Assembly: GCA_963770425.1 (NCBI GenBank)
Contig: CAVYPQ010000007.1
Location: forward strand, 84,864 to 148,863
Reading direction: 5' to 3'
DNA length: 64,000 nucleotides
Source of the DNA: an uncultured Alphaproteobacteria bacterium
Lineage (GTDB): Bacteria > Pseudomonadota > Alphaproteobacteria > Rhizobiales > Xanthobacteraceae
This document shows positions 31,001-41,854 of this stretch, piece after piece; position 1 is the stretch's first letter; every line of letters begins with the position of its first letter. The notes under the pieces are model-generated. The model had not been told where the DNA came from. It did not search any database and saw only the letters and a program-made list of their open reading frames with translations. Position numbers and translations under genes: made by a program.

Positions 31001-33543
31001 CCCCAACCGGCGCAGGGAGATAAGCGCGATCTCAGCAGCCCGCCGGTAATCCGACCTCATGAAATGGAGTCGGACTTTCAGGCAGTAGGTAGCGGCCTCA
31101 TCAACTTTAGATGCGGCGCACGACAGCAACTTCTCAATCAGTTGCGCGGCTCTGTCCAATGCGCCTGTCAAAAGCTCGCACTCCGCGGATTCGAGCCATA
31201 AGTTGAACGTCAACTCGTATCGGCTGGCCCAATCGCTTTCGTCTAATAGCGTTAATCCAGCTGAGAAATATGCAAGCGCGGATGCATAGGCCGCCGACGC
31301 TTTTGGCCTTTCGTCCGGCACGCAGGTCAATGGCCGCCACCGCCGCTTTCTCGTCACGATCAGTCAGACGCGCAGCGCCCTGATTGAGCTGGTTCGCTAC
31401 ATCGAACAGATGCTCGGCGAACTGGTCCGCTGTAATATTTGCCAGGAGCGTCCGGCCAATGCGCAAATGAACGTCGGCGCGATGCCCGTCTGGAATGAGC
31501 GAATACGCCGCCTGCTGGATGCGGTCATGCAGGAATTTATAGGCGCGCTCCTGTTGGACGACGAGCCCGGCGTGCACCGCCTCCCGGAATGCGGTGTGCA
31601 CCGTTTCGCCGTGAACCAAGACCAAAATGAAGGTTTCGGCGGCATTACCCAGACAGGCGAACTGCTTCAAGGCCTCCTGGGTGGGCGCGGACAGCCGCCT
31701 GAGCCTTCCGGCCATAAGGTCCACCACGTTGCCGGTGTAGTTCTTGGCGCGGATGCGATTGAGGTCCCACTGCCAGCCCGGAATCGCAGGCTCAAATGCC
31801 AGCAATCGTTCTTCGGCTAACTCCGTGAGGAACTGGATAGCAAAGAATGGATTGCCGCCTGTCCTCTCGTGAACGAGTTGGGCCAAAGGCCGCGCCCGTT
31901 CGACGTCGCAATGGAGAGCATTGCCGGCGAGCCGTCCGACGTCATCGGGTCCAAGCGGCGCCAGCACGATCTCAACCACCGTCGTTTCGGCCGCCTTGAT
32001 CGACTCCAGCTTTCCCAAAAGGGGATGAGCCCGATCGACCTCGTTGTCCCGATAAGCGCCGACCAGCAGCAGGTGCTTCACCTCCGCGTGTGTGACCAGA
32101 TGTTCGATGAGGTCGAGCGTGGCGACATCCAACCATTGCAGATCATCAAGAAAAAGCGCGAGTGGATGCTCAGGTTTGGCGAACGCGCCAAGGAATTGCC
32201 GAAACACCAACTTGAATTGGTTCTGCGTTTCTTGCGGCGGCAGGTCGGGAACGGATGGCTGTTTCCCGATAATTGACACCAATTCGGGAACGAGCTCGAC
32301 CATCAGTTGTCCGTGCGCCCCGAGCGCCTCTACCAGGGCACGCCGCCACTGCTCCACTTCCGCTTCGTTCTTGACGAGGATTTGACGGATCAGGGTTTGG
32401 AAGGCCTGTGCGAGGGTCGCATAAGGGATGTCGCGCTTGTACTGATCGAACTTGCCCGCCGCGAAAAGTCCGCGCGGCTGCACAAGTACCTTATGCAGCT
32501 CGTTGACCACCGAGGATTTGCCGACGCCGGAGTAGCCGGACACGAGCACAAGCTCCGCTGTGCCGTGCGCTACGACCCGATCAAAGGACGCGAGCAGGGT
32601 GGCGATCTCAGGCTCCCGCCCGTAAAGCTGTTCGACGATCAGTAATCGGTCCGGGGCGTCGTGCGCACCCAGCGGAAATGGATTAATGCGATCGTGCGAC
32701 TGCCACTCGCTCAGGCACCGCCGCAGGTCTGCCTCGACACCCACTGCAGTTTGATAACGCTCCTCGCCAGTCTTCGCGAGAAGCTTCATCACGATCGATG
32801 AAAGCGCCTGCGGAATTCCACTCGCCCGTTCACTGGGTTCATGAGCCTGCCTCGCAATGTGGCAGTGCACCCATTCCATCGGATCAGAAGCCGTGAAAGG
32901 AAGAGTCCCAGTGAGCATCTCATAAAATGTTACGCCGAGCGAGTAGAGGTCGCTGCGTGAATTGACGGAGCGATTTATTCGTCCGGTCTGCTCCGGTGCC
33001 ATATAAGCCAGCGTCCCGGCGATGATCTCGGGAGGATCGAGTGGTTGACGCTCGCGCGGGAGACGCGATGCAATTCCGAAGCCTGCAAGCCAGGCCTCAC
33101 CATTGGTCGCGCTCACTAGAATATTGGCAGGCTTGATGTCCTTATGGATGAGGCCGCGCTGGTGCATCTCGCCAAGGGCCGCCGTAATGCCTACGGCGAG
33201 ACGCAGGAAAGTCCCCACCGCGATCGGCGTGCTGAGGAGGCTGCTGAGCAACTCGCCGCCCGGGTCCTCGAGGACCAATACACTCCGACCACGATCTCGA
33301 ACAAGCGCGAGCGGCCGTACCGCCCATGTGCCGTCAAGTTCACCCTTAAGCGAGTATTCGTGAGTTCAGACGGTCGAGCGTCGCGGGACTAGGTTGCGCT
33401 GAAGCTGGGAATATGGCCAGCGTGTGGTTGCCGTCGCTTTCGGCGCTGCGCCATCCTCTGCAGAAGACAAGTTCACCATTCTCCGACAAAACTCGAAGTG
33501 TGGCGTCTGAAACTGTGCCGAACGAAGGGGGCGGGTCCACCAC
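28037..33543 (-). pseudogene. giant multidomain sensor: Ser/Thr protein kinase, AAA/STAND-type ATPase, helical repeats, GAF, PAS, HisKA and HATPase_c; two frameshifts (near 33363 and 31301-31304)
   Basis: Three colinear pieces. The first is 33346..33543 (..ELVFCRGWR...LDRLN). The second is the frame of 31134..33278, open upstream through HEYSLKGELDGTWAVRPLALVRDRGRSVLVLEDPGG; it contains HKDIKPANIL, YMAPEQ and P-loop GYSGVGKS. The third is 28037..31357 (ASAAYASALAYF..., a GAF region, PAS, SIAHEVNQPL, GLGMGLSIC). The second shift coincides with an extra base in a 4-nt A/T run. Confidence 0.8.
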
Positions 33544-33602
33544 AGTCTCGCAATTAAGCCGGTTGCCGTACCCGGTCTCAACAACTTAATTCGTGACTAA
33601 AT

Positions 33603-33764
33603 CCAGACATCCCCCAAGCACTAGGCGCCCAAATTGCAGCGCGATCAAGAACTATTCTTCAATACGGTGCCGCTAGAAGTACGCCCGAGCCAATCATTGA
33701 AAAGTTGAGCCAAGAAACGAGCGCTATCGTTACCGATGCTGGTTTCGACACGGACGCCGCTTGA
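33603..33764 (+). pseudogene. possible remnant of a Bug/TctC-family gene (C-terminal fragment only)
   Basis: My translation reads ..LQYGAARSTPEPIIEKLSQETSAIVTDAGFDTDAA*. This resembles the W-YG-x-x-AP-AGTP-x-x-I-x-KL block of Bug proteins. There is no start codon and no N-terminal part. Weak evidence. Confidence 0.2.
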
Positions 33765-34002
33765 CCACGCCAAAGCGATGGACTTCAGACCTTGCAAAAG
33801 AGGAATTGCTTCCAGGAGCCGGAATCACCGTCCTTAATCTCGCAGCTTGCAACCACACAGCCCGTGAGCCTCCTCGTTGGTCAAATTTCCGTTCCAGTCC
33901 ATGCCGAGATGGGTCATTATCGCCGTTGCGGCAATGTCCGGCAGCATATTGGCTATTTCCAGAAGCGGACATCGAGACCGATGGCGTTCATGAATACACG
34001 CC

Positions 34003-35079
34003 CTAGCTGGTCGCGCGCGCCAGGCCTGTGATCATCTCTTCCAGATCGTCGAGCGCGTTGAAACGCGGCTGCGCGGCGATGTGCGGGGTCATGACGACAT
34101 TGGGAAACGCCAACAGTTCGTCATCGTCGCGGCCCGGGCTTTCGTAGAGCGGATCGAGGCCGAAGCCGCCGAGGTGGCCGGATTTCAGCGCCTCGAGCAG
34201 CGCCGCGCGATCGACCACGCTGGCGCGCGAGATATTGACCAGCCGCGCGCCCGGCCGCATCTGCGCCAGTTCGGCGCGGCCGATGAGGTTTGCGGTCTCC
34301 GGCACGCTCGGCACGAACGGCAGCACCCAGTCGCTCTCGGCGAGCAACTGCGCCATCGGCCGGTAAGTCGCCTGATATTGTCGTTCGATCTCGGCCGGCG
34401 CCTGCCGCCGCTGCGTATAGAGGATGCGCATGCCGAAGGCTGCGGCGCGTTGCGCGAACTCGCGGCCGATCTCGCCGAGCCCGATGATGCCGACCGTCGA
34501 ACCGTAGAGAATTTTCAGCCCGGGCACGCGGCCCCAATTCGAGTTCGGCGTATGGCGGCGGTCGAACGGCTGATAGTGATAGCCGAGATCGGCGAGCGTC
34601 TTGACGCTGATGCGGCCGGCCAATTCGTTGACGCGCCGCGCCAGCACCAGCACCAGCGTGAGCGCAAGTTCGGCGCAGGCAATATTGGCGCGGCGGCGCA
34701 GGGTCAGCACCGCGACGCCGCGCTTGGCGCAGGCCGCCTGGTCGATGCGGCGCAGGTCGACGCCGTATTTCTGTACGGCCTTGAGGTTCGGCGCCGCGGC
34801 GATCTCCTCGGCGCCGACGGACAGACCTTCGACAATCAGGGCGCACGCGTTCGCGAGGTTCGCGCGCAACTCCTCCTGGGTTTCGACCATCCGCACCTCG
34901 GCCGGGTAGAGCTGACTGGCCTGCCGCCGTACTTTGTCGCACCAGCCGGCAAAATTCGGCTCGTCATGAGCAAAAAAGTCCGTATAGGCGGCGACGCGTT
35001 CGTCGCTGACATTCGGGTCGAGTACGACTTGCACGACGCGCAGGAAGCGGTCGTCCTCGACGACAATCAGATTGGGCAT
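34003..35079 (-). CDS. D-isomer-specific 2-hydroxyacid dehydrogenase family protein
   Basis: 358 aa with the NAD-binding motif GIIGLGEIGREFAQRA, plus NISRASVVD and MTPHIA motifs. Confidence 0.85.
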   Translation of the reverse strand: MPNLIVVEDDRFLRVVQVVLDPNVSDERVAAYTDFFAHDEPNFAGWCDKVRRQASQLYPAEVRMVETQEELRANLANACALIVEGLSVGAEEIAAAPNLKAVQKYGVDLRRIDQAACAKRGVAVLTLRRRANIACAELALTLVLVLARRVNELAGRISVKTLADLGYHYQPFDRRHTPNSNWGRVPGLKILYGSTVGIIGLGEIGREFAQRAAAFGMRILYTQRRQAPAEIERQYQATYRPMAQLLAESDWVLPFVPSVPETANLIGRAELAQMRPGARLVNISRASVVDRAALLEALKSGHLGGFGLDPLYESPGRDDDELLAFPNVVMTPHIAAQPRFNALDDLEEMITGLARATS

Positions 35080-35097
35080 ATTTGTTCCTTCCGCTTG

Positions 35098-35160
35098 TTC
35101 CCGCGAAAGCGGGAATCCAGCGGGTTGCGTGAAGACTGGGTCCCCGCTTGCGCGGGGACG
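35098..35160. repeat. REP-like hairpins (ttcccgcgaaagcgggaa and gtccccgcttgcgcggggac)
   Basis: Two short perfect palindromes in the gap between two minus-strand genes. Confidence 0.65.
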
Positions 35161-35179
35161 AGCGGTGGGATCGTCGGCG

Positions 35180-35718
35180 TCACTTGTGGTGCGGTTCGGG
35201 ATCGATGCCGAGCGCCATGAACACGCGGGTGTGCATGTTGTAGATGCCGATCAGCACGGTCAGCTCGACGATCTGCCGTTCGGAAAAGTGCGCCCGCAGC
35301 CCGTCGAACACCGCGTCGGGCACGGCGATGTCGCGCGTCATGGCGTCCGCGTAGGCAAGCGCGGCGCGTTCGCGCGGGGTGAAGAACTTGCTGTCCTGCC
35401 AGTTGGCCAGCGCCTGGCTTTGCTCGACGGGCAGGCCCTCCGGCACCGACAGCTCCGGGACATGCTGCTTCACCACATATGTCGGTGCGGTTGAGATAGG
35501 CGACGCGGATGATGGCGATCTCGCGCAACCGGCCGTCAAGCTCGGTCTTGTAGCGTGCGGCGCTGACGATATTGAGCCATGACTTCGGCGAGCGGCGGCG
35601 CGTGCAGCAAAAGCTTGTAGACATTGATCAGCGTGCCGCGCCGTCCGGAGCGGACCTTGCCGATCAGTTCGGCGAGTTCAGGATGAGCTTTTTCCTCGAT
35701 ATAGGAGATGCGGGCCAT
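35180..35718 (-). pseudogene. carboxymuconolactone decarboxylase (AhpD-like) family protein broken by two frameshifts (near 35585 and 35483)
   Basis: MARISYIEEKAHPELAELIGKVRSGRRGTLINVYKLLLHAPPLAE is followed by SWLNIVSAARYKTELDGRLREIAIIRVAYLNRT and then YVVKQHVPEL...TPRERAALAYADAMTRD...VELTVLIGIYNMHTRV. The three frames together give one colinear CMD-family protein. Confidence 0.7.
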
Positions 35719-35867
35719 GATGCTTTCTTCGGGTTGGAGGGGATGGCGATGGAACCACTATACGCCGGACGGCAATTCAGACAACCCGGCGCATGAACCG
35801 TGGCAGCCATGCTCACTACCAATACGCATGACGGCCGGGCCGTCGAAACCCGAAGAAGGAGTCGATC

Positions 35868-36071
35868 ATGCGAAAGCTGCTGGGCATCTTGTCCGCCTCC
35901 GCCATGCTGGCGGCAGTGTTCTCCACCAACGCGCTCGCCTGGGATAATTGCGGGCATGGCCTGCACCGCAATTACTACGGCACGTGCGTGTCCAACTACG
36001 GCCGGCACTCCGGCTGCCCGTATGGCTACCACCTCGGCTGGAACGTGCACGCCTGCGTTCCCAACCGATAG
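35868..36071 (+). CDS. small secreted Cys-rich protein (67 aa), resembling the GCG_CRPN-type small proteins of alphaproteobacteria
   Basis: SD GAAGGAG lies upstream. The signal peptide is MRKLLGILSASAMLAAVFSTNALA. The mature part contains two C-x-(H/Y)G-x-H-(R/L)...C-V-(S/P)-N units with 4 Cys. Confidence 0.6.
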   Translation: MRKLLGILSASAMLAAVFSTNALAWDNCGHGLHRNYYGTCVSNYGRHSGCPYGYHLGWNVHACVPNR

Positions 36072-36188
36072 ACGACGGAGCCGCCTGTACCGGAGTGGCA
36101 CGGTGCCTCGAGCGCGCTGTGCCGCTGTTGTCGTGAAGCATCCGCGCGCGCTATGCTGGTCGAACAGACCAACAAGCGCGATCGGCAC

Positions 36189-37333
36189 ATGATTCTCTTG
36201 TCAAACGGCGGCGACAATATTCAACGCGGCAAGACCGCCTCCGACACGATCGTCGTCGGCACCGTGGACGGCGTCGCGCTGCTGGCGAATTCGAGCCGCG
36301 GCTGGACGCTGAAGCATCGTGCGCTGCAGGGCGTGTTCGTGTCCGGCGTCACGGCGCTCGAGGACGGCACGCTGTTCGCCTCGACGCGCGGCGTCGGCAT
36401 GGCCCGCAGCGACGATGGCGGCATAAAGTGGAGCTGGGTCAACGACGGGCTTGCCCATCACGAATTCTGGTCGACGCGCGCCGGTCGCCTGCAGGGCCGC
36501 GAAGTCGTCTTCGCCGGCGCGCTGCCGGCGCATCTTTACGTCAGCGAGGATCAGGGCAAGAGCTGGCGCGAGCTGTCGGCATTCCGGAACGCCAAGTCGG
36601 TCGCGCACTGGACGTTCCCGCCGCCGCCGCGCATCGGTCACATCAAGGACATCGTGCTTGACGGCGACCGGCTGTGGGCCGGTGTCGAGATCGGGTCGCT
36701 GCAATACTCGGACGATTTCGGCAAAACCTTCACCGAGCTGCCGGTCGATCCCGACCCGCGCGAGTGCGACATCCATCGCATCCTGGTGCATCCGGCCCGC
36801 AAGAACCGCATCATCATCGCCAACGGCATCGTCGGCATGATGGCGAGCGAGGACGGCGGCAAAAGCTTTGCGCGGATGAAGATGCCGTCTGACGCCAATT
36901 ATCCGGATGCGGTCGTGCTGCATCCGGATGAGCCCGATCTCTTGTTCATGTCGGCGGGCGTAGGCTGGCCGATCCATTGGTACGAGCTTGGACGCGCGCG
37001 CGGCAAAATCTTTCGCAGCCGCGACGCCGGCAAGACCTGGGAACGGCTCCTCGGCGGCCTGCCCAACGGCCAGCGCGCGCTGTTTTCCGCGCTCACCATC
37101 GAGGTGCACGGCGCCGGTTACGGGCTCTATGCCGCCGACACCGACGGACAGGTATTCGAGAGCCTCGACGGCGGCGAGAGCTGGACCATCATCGCCGACG
37201 TGCCGCCGGTATCGAAGGCCGATTTCTACAAAGGGCTGGTGCGCGACCGCGTGAAGCTCGCCAATGTGGATGACATCAAGGCGCAGCCCGACTGCTGCCG
37301 AACGCTGGAAGGAAGCCGAGAAGGCGCTTGTAG
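36189..37333 (+). CDS. BNR/sialidase-like beta-propeller repeat protein (3' end uncertain)
   Basis: It carries SxDxGxxW-type repeats (SDDGGIKW, SEDQGKSW, SDDFGKTF, SEDGGKSF, SRDAGKTW, SLDGGESW). The track ORF runs on through a REP element and the next gene, so the real stop is unresolved. A TAG at 37331 is available in another frame. Confidence 0.6.
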
Positions 37334-37338
37334 ACTGT

Positions 37339-37424
37339 GTAGCCCGGATGAGCGTCAGCGACATCCGGGGTGGCTTTCACCTTGTAATATCGTTCCCGGA
37401 TTTCGCTCCACTCATCCGGGCTAC
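37339..37424. repeat. REP-like inverted repeat (gtagcccggatgag ... ctcatccgggctac)
   Basis: The outer arms gtagcccggatgag / ctcatccgggctac flank inner arms catccgggg / cccggattt. It sits between the BNR and GST genes. Confidence 0.7.
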
Positions 37425-37434
37425 AGGAGATTTC

Positions 37435-38292
37435 ATGGTTCAACTGATCGACAGCGATATCAAAACCCGCGAGGTGCTCGGCTGGAAGGGCGTGCACGTC
37501 CTGCATTTCGCCGGCTCGTCATGCTCGCAGAAGCTGCGCATCTTCCTCAATCTGAAAAACATTCCCTGGGTGTCGCATCCGATCGATCTGCCAGGCCACG
37601 AGAACATGCAGCCGTGGTTTCTCGGCATCAATCCGCGCGGCTTGGTGCCGGTCCTGGTCGATGACGGCGCCGTGCACATCGAAAGCAACGACATCATCCA
37701 GTATTTGGAAAAGAAATTCCCGACACCGAAGCTGATACCGGCCGGCCACGAGAACGAGGTGGCGGCGCTGCTGCGACACGAGGACGATCTGCATCTCGAC
37801 CTGCGCACCTTGAGTTTCCGCTTCGTGTTCGCGCCGCCCGGGCCGCCAAAGCCGGCGGCTGCGCTCGACAGCTACATCAAAAACGGCGCCGGCACCGTGC
37901 AGGGCGTCAAGGATCCGGAGAAGCAGGTTCAGATCGAATTCTGGCAGCGCGCCGCCAAGGAAGGCTTCACGGATGAGCGGGCGCGCGCCTCGGCGCAAAA
38001 ATTCCGCGCCGAGTTCGACGGGCTCGACCGGACGCTGGCAAAGCAGCCTTATCTGATGGGCGCCGAGCTTTCCGTGCTCGACATCGCCTGGTTCATCTAC
38101 GCGCACCGGCTCTCGCTTGCCGGCTATCCGTTCGCGCGGCTGCATCCGCACGTTCACGCCTGGGCCGAAAAACTGCGCGCCAGGCCGGAATTTGCCAAGG
38201 AAGTCGGGCAGCTTCGCCATTCGCCGGAGCAGCTCGACGCCGTGCGAAGCGCGCAGGCCGGCAAGACGCTGGAGACGGTCGCGGGCTTTTAG
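37435..38292 (+). CDS. glutathione S-transferase family protein
   Basis: The start ATG 37435 is preceded by AGGAGA. The protein has a thioredoxin-like N-domain (INPRGLVPVLVDDGAVHIESNDIIQYLE) and a helical C-domain. Confidence 0.85.
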   Translation: MVQLIDSDIKTREVLGWKGVHVLHFAGSSCSQKLRIFLNLKNIPWVSHPIDLPGHENMQPWFLGINPRGLVPVLVDDGAVHIESNDIIQYLEKKFPTPKLIPAGHENEVAALLRHEDDLHLDLRTLSFRFVFAPPGPPKPAAALDSYIKNGAGTVQGVKDPEKQVQIEFWQRAAKEGFTDERARASAQKFRAEFDGLDRTLAKQPYLMGAELSVLDIAWFIYAHRLSLAGYPFARLHPHVHAWAEKLRARPEFAKEVGQLRHSPEQLDAVRSAQAGKTLETVAGF

Positions 38293-39443
38293 CTCGAAAA
38301 GACGAAGCGCGTGCCGACCGCTGAGTGGACGACCTTGTCGCCCAACGCATCGCGCGCGAGATCGTAAAAGCGATCGCCGGTGCAATGCGCGGTGACGATC
38401 AGATCGGGATTGATGTCGTGGAAAGCATCGATGGTCTGGCGGATGTAATCGTCGCCGAGCGGCGGCACGATATGAAAGCCGCCGATCACGGCGTGGACCT
38501 TGTCGATGCCCGACGCTGCCTGCGCCTGCTTGACGGTGTTGATGACGCCGCGATGGCTGCATGACGTGAGCACGACGAGGCCCTTGCCCTTGACCATGTA
38601 GGCAGTGCCGATCTCGTGGTCGAAATCGTCTGGCCGGTAGCCGCCGGTGTTCTTCGCCGTCGGCATTTTCTCCGGGAAGCAGCCCACGTCGTCGAAGATG
38701 CCGACGATCTCCAGGCTCGGCTGCAACGGCTTCTCGAACGACGTCTGGCCGATGCGGCCGGTGGTGAAGGCGTGATCAGCGACAACGGCCGCGCCTTCGG
38801 ACGTCATCAGCGTGAGTTCGGCATCGAAAATCGCCCTGCGGTCGAGCGCGCCGAATTGTCCGCCGGCGTTGCGGCGAATGCAGAATGCGTCCTCGCCGCC
38901 CACATAGAACGGCAGGTTTCGCTTCAACGTCGTCTTGTTGGCTGCCAGAAAGCCGACCATGCCGCCGAAATGGTCATAATGGCCGTGACTGAGCACGAGC
39001 GCGTCAAACGTCGCCGGATCGATCTTCAGGATCGACATATTGTTGAGCAGAACTTCCGGCGTATAGCCGAAGTCGACAAGCACATTGCGCTCCTCGTCGC
39101 CGCGATGCGACTGCGCGTGCATGGCGAGACCCCATTCGCCGTTGAGGGCGCCGCGCGGCGGGGCGTCGGGCGTGGTGTTGCTGCCGGTGCGGCGCTCGAT
39201 GGCGATCCCGTGGCGTGTCTCCTGCGGTACGAATTGAATCACGACGTTGTCGGTGATCATGCGCACCGAGAGGCGGTCCACTTCCGGCACGGTGCGGCCG
39301 AGTTTCGGTGCATCCGAGGTTCGTGCGGCGGCAGCCATGGCGCTGATCATGGCCGATACGAATCCGGCGCCACCGGCACACAGCGAGCCGTATGCGGACA
39401 ACAAAGTCGATCCAGTTCCGCAACCGCAACCGCCGAACAGCAT
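38289..39443 (-). CDS. MBL-fold metallo-hydrolase
   Basis: 384 aa with an HGHYDHFGG (HxHxDH) motif and later the TSCSHRG and GGFH motifs. Confidence 0.8.
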   Translation of the reverse strand: MLFGGCGCGTGSTLLSAYGSLCAGGAGFVSAMISAMAAAARTSDAPKLGRTVPEVDRLSVRMITDNVVIQFVPQETRHGIAIERRTGSNTTPDAPPRGALNGEWGLAMHAQSHRGDEERNVLVDFGYTPEVLLNNMSILKIDPATFDALVLSHGHYDHFGGMVGFLAANKTTLKRNLPFYVGGEDAFCIRRNAGGQFGALDRRAIFDAELTLMTSEGAAVVADHAFTTGRIGQTSFEKPLQPSLEIVGIFDDVGCFPEKMPTAKNTGGYRPDDFDHEIGTAYMVKGKGLVVLTSCSHRGVINTVKQAQAASGIDKVHAVIGGFHIVPPLGDDYIRQTIDAFHDINPDLIVTAHCTGDRFYDLARDALGDKVVHSAVGTRFVFSS

Positions 39444-39624
39444 GGCCCGCCTCCCTCTTGCCCGACGTCAGCCTAGCCGAGATCGCATCCCGGCGAAATC
39501 CGGCACCGGTGTCGGCGGCCTCGTCGCTGTTCCAACGAATACGGTTTTGGATTCCCTTAGATGGGCGAATCGGGCACCTTCGCATGGCGAGCGCCACGCG
39601 CTCCACATACCGAAGTTCAGCGGG

Positions 39625-39954
39625 ATGCTTTCGATGCGCGCGCTCTTTGCACTCGGGCTGATGCTGGTGCTGCCGCAACTGGCGCACGCGGCCGACTGGC
39701 GTTATTGCCTCGCGCCTTCGCATACGCAGCGAAAGGTTTTTGTCTCGCCGCCGTTTCTGGCCACCATGTCAATGGATGATGTCGAATTGCAGTTTGGGCG
39801 GACGCTCAACCGCTCGGGTATGCACTTTGACGACGTGCAGTGTCCGCGCGGCGACGACGAGACGGCGACACTGACAATGCAGCAGCACGCGATCACGGTG
39901 AATCGCGAACTCGGCAACGAGGTCATCAACCTGCGCTGGAAGCCCAACGGCTGA
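39625..39954 (+). CDS. hypothetical secreted protein (109 aa)
   Basis: This is the inner start of track ORF 39247..39954. MLSMRALFALGLMLVLPQLAHA is a clear signal peptide. No family recognised. Confidence 0.5.
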   Translation: MLSMRALFALGLMLVLPQLAHAADWRYCLAPSHTQRKVFVSPPFLATMSMDDVELQFGRTLNRSGMHFDDVQCPRGDDETATLTMQQHAITVNRELGNEVINLRWKPNG

Positions 39955-40104
39955 CGGCCGACCGGTTCTGCCCCTCCGCGCGACCGCGACGGCACGCCAG
40001 AACGTATAAAGAACGAAAAGCAAGTGTCGCCGCAGCGGAACGATGCGTGCGCAGCAGGTTTCGCCGCGCCGCATCGGTGATAAAGAGGGATTGGGTCCGC
40101 GAAG

Positions 40105-41334
40105 ATGCGGCGCGGGGGCGCGGTGTTGAATTCTGTCTCCAAATTCCTGGCGTCGCGCGGGCAGGCCAACGACGTCGATTACCGCTTGCTGATCCCCCTG
40201 GTGGCGTATTCGGCCACCGTGCAAACGATCTACGCGATCGTTCGCGTGACGACGTCCTATCGGGCGATCGAACTCGATCTGCCCGTGGTGTGGCTCGGCG
40301 TGATCTCGGCGACCTTCGCCATTCCGCCGACACTCCTGGCGGTCTGGGTCGGGCGTCTGCTCGACCGCGGCTACGATGCACAAGCCGCGTGGTTCGGCTC
40401 CGCATGCTTCGTGCTGGTCTGCGCCGGCTTCTGCTTTTTCTCCAACTCGCTCGCCGGGCTGCTCATCCTCACCGCCCTGTTCGGCGTCGGCCATCTGTTT
40501 CTGATGGCGAGCCAGCAGATGCTGTGCATCCGCAGCGCCGGACCGCGCGGCCGCGATGCCGCCTTCGGTAATTACGTGGTTGGCAGCGCCATCGGTCAGG
40601 GCATCGGCCCCTATCTGATCGCCTGGCAGGGCGGCTCGGCGACCGTGCCGGCAACCGGCCGCCTGTTCGCCGTCGCGCTCATCGTCGCCGTCATTTCGCT
40701 GATCGTGGGCGTGATCATCCGTCCCGCGCCGAAGCACGAGCGAACTCGGAAGAGCAGCGGAGTTGTGCCGGTGCGTGCGCTCATGCGCCAGCCCGGGCTG
40801 ATGGCGGTGCTGGTCGCCAGCGTCATCACCATCACGTCGATGGACCTGCTGACGATCTATCTGCCGCTGCTCGGCACCGAGCAGAACATCGACGTGCGCA
40901 ACATCGGCGCGTTGCTCACCGTGCGCTCGGTCGCGTCGCTGTTCTCGCGCCTGTCCTACACGCGCATCCTGCGCCTGGTCGAGCGGCAGGCATTGACGCT
41001 CATCACCATGGCGGCCGCCGGGGTGGGCTTTGCCTGCTTCGCCTTGCCGATCCATCTGGCGGTCATGTACGCGGCGATGACGTTTCTCGGCTTTGCGCTG
41101 GGCATCGCCACGACACTGAGCCTGACCAACGTTGTCGATCTCGCATCGCCCGCCGCGATGGGCACGGTGATGTCGCTGCGCATCACCGGCAACCGGCTCG
41201 GTCAGGCGGCGGTGCCGTTCCTCGCAAGTCTCGTCGCCGCCGCGACCGGCGTTGGCGGCGTTTTCGCCATCATCGCCGCAAGCCTCGCGGGCTCCGGCGC
41301 GTCGGTTTATTTCAGCCGCCAGGAGCGCGCCTGA
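40105..41334 (+). CDS. MFS transporter
   Basis: 409 aa with about 12 hydrophobic segments and a GRLLDRGYD loop. The 596-aa antisense ORF 39769..41559 is Arg/Asp/Gly low-complexity. Confidence 0.8.
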   Translation: MRRGGAVLNSVSKFLASRGQANDVDYRLLIPLVAYSATVQTIYAIVRVTTSYRAIELDLPVVWLGVISATFAIPPTLLAVWVGRLLDRGYDAQAAWFGSACFVLVCAGFCFFSNSLAGLLILTALFGVGHLFLMASQQMLCIRSAGPRGRDAAFGNYVVGSAIGQGIGPYLIAWQGGSATVPATGRLFAVALIVAVISLIVGVIIRPAPKHERTRKSSGVVPVRALMRQPGLMAVLVASVITITSMDLLTIYLPLLGTEQNIDVRNIGALLTVRSVASLFSRLSYTRILRLVERQALTLITMAAAGVGFACFALPIHLAVMYAAMTFLGFALGIATTLSLTNVVDLASPAAMGTVMSLRITGNRLGQAAVPFLASLVAAATGVGGVFAIIAASLAGSGASVYFSRQERA

Positions 41335-41353
41335 GCAATGAAGACTCTGAGGG

Positions 41354-41785
41354 TCAGCGCTTGAGCTGTTCGAGCTCGGGGAATGGCGCATAGGCCGCGC
41401 CGGCGCAGGGTTCGTGCGCCGTTTTCGTGTCGGTGAAGTCGTCAAACCGGCCGGCAAGAAACACCGCCGCAATCTGCTGTTCGCCCGCATAAACGCCATT
41501 GTCACGTTTGCCGTTGAAGCGCAGGCAGACGATGTAGCGGGTGCCTTCGCCGGATACATCTTTCAGGACCGGCGGGGCGATGGCCGCGTCGCGAATTCCG
41601 CTCGGATCGTTCAGATAGGCGTGCATGGCGGCAAGGATGTCGGCCTTGTAGTTGTCGGGGAAGGCGTGAATCCCGCCATCGTCGCCGTCGCCGCCAAGGC
41701 CCAGATGATGCCCGGCGCAGGCATTCAACAACAACGCGGCGGCGACAAGCCAGGCACGCCACCAACGTGCGCCTCTACGGCTCAT
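41354..41785 (-). CDS. hypothetical lipoprotein
   Basis: Signal peptide with lipobox LLLNAC. No family recognised. Confidence 0.55.
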   Translation of the reverse strand: MSRRGARWWRAWLVAAALLLNACAGHHLGLGGDGDDGGIHAFPDNYKADILAAMHAYLNDPSGIRDAAIAPPVLKDVSGEGTRYIVCLRFNGKRDNGVYAGEQQIAAVFLAGRFDDFTDTKTAHEPCAGAAYAPFPELEQLKR

Positions 41786-41854
41786 TTGCTCCTCGCGCCA
41801 CGATATCGGTACCCCGGCGGGTGCTTCTAGCGCGAAATGGCGCTCCGCGCCAAT

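Noticed and set aside
36153-37664. A reading of the 503-aa track ORF as one protein.
   Set aside because: After about residue 385 it runs through a REP element (37339..37424) and then out of frame across the GST gene. Only the BNR-repeat part up to about 37330 is credible, and its true stop is unresolved.
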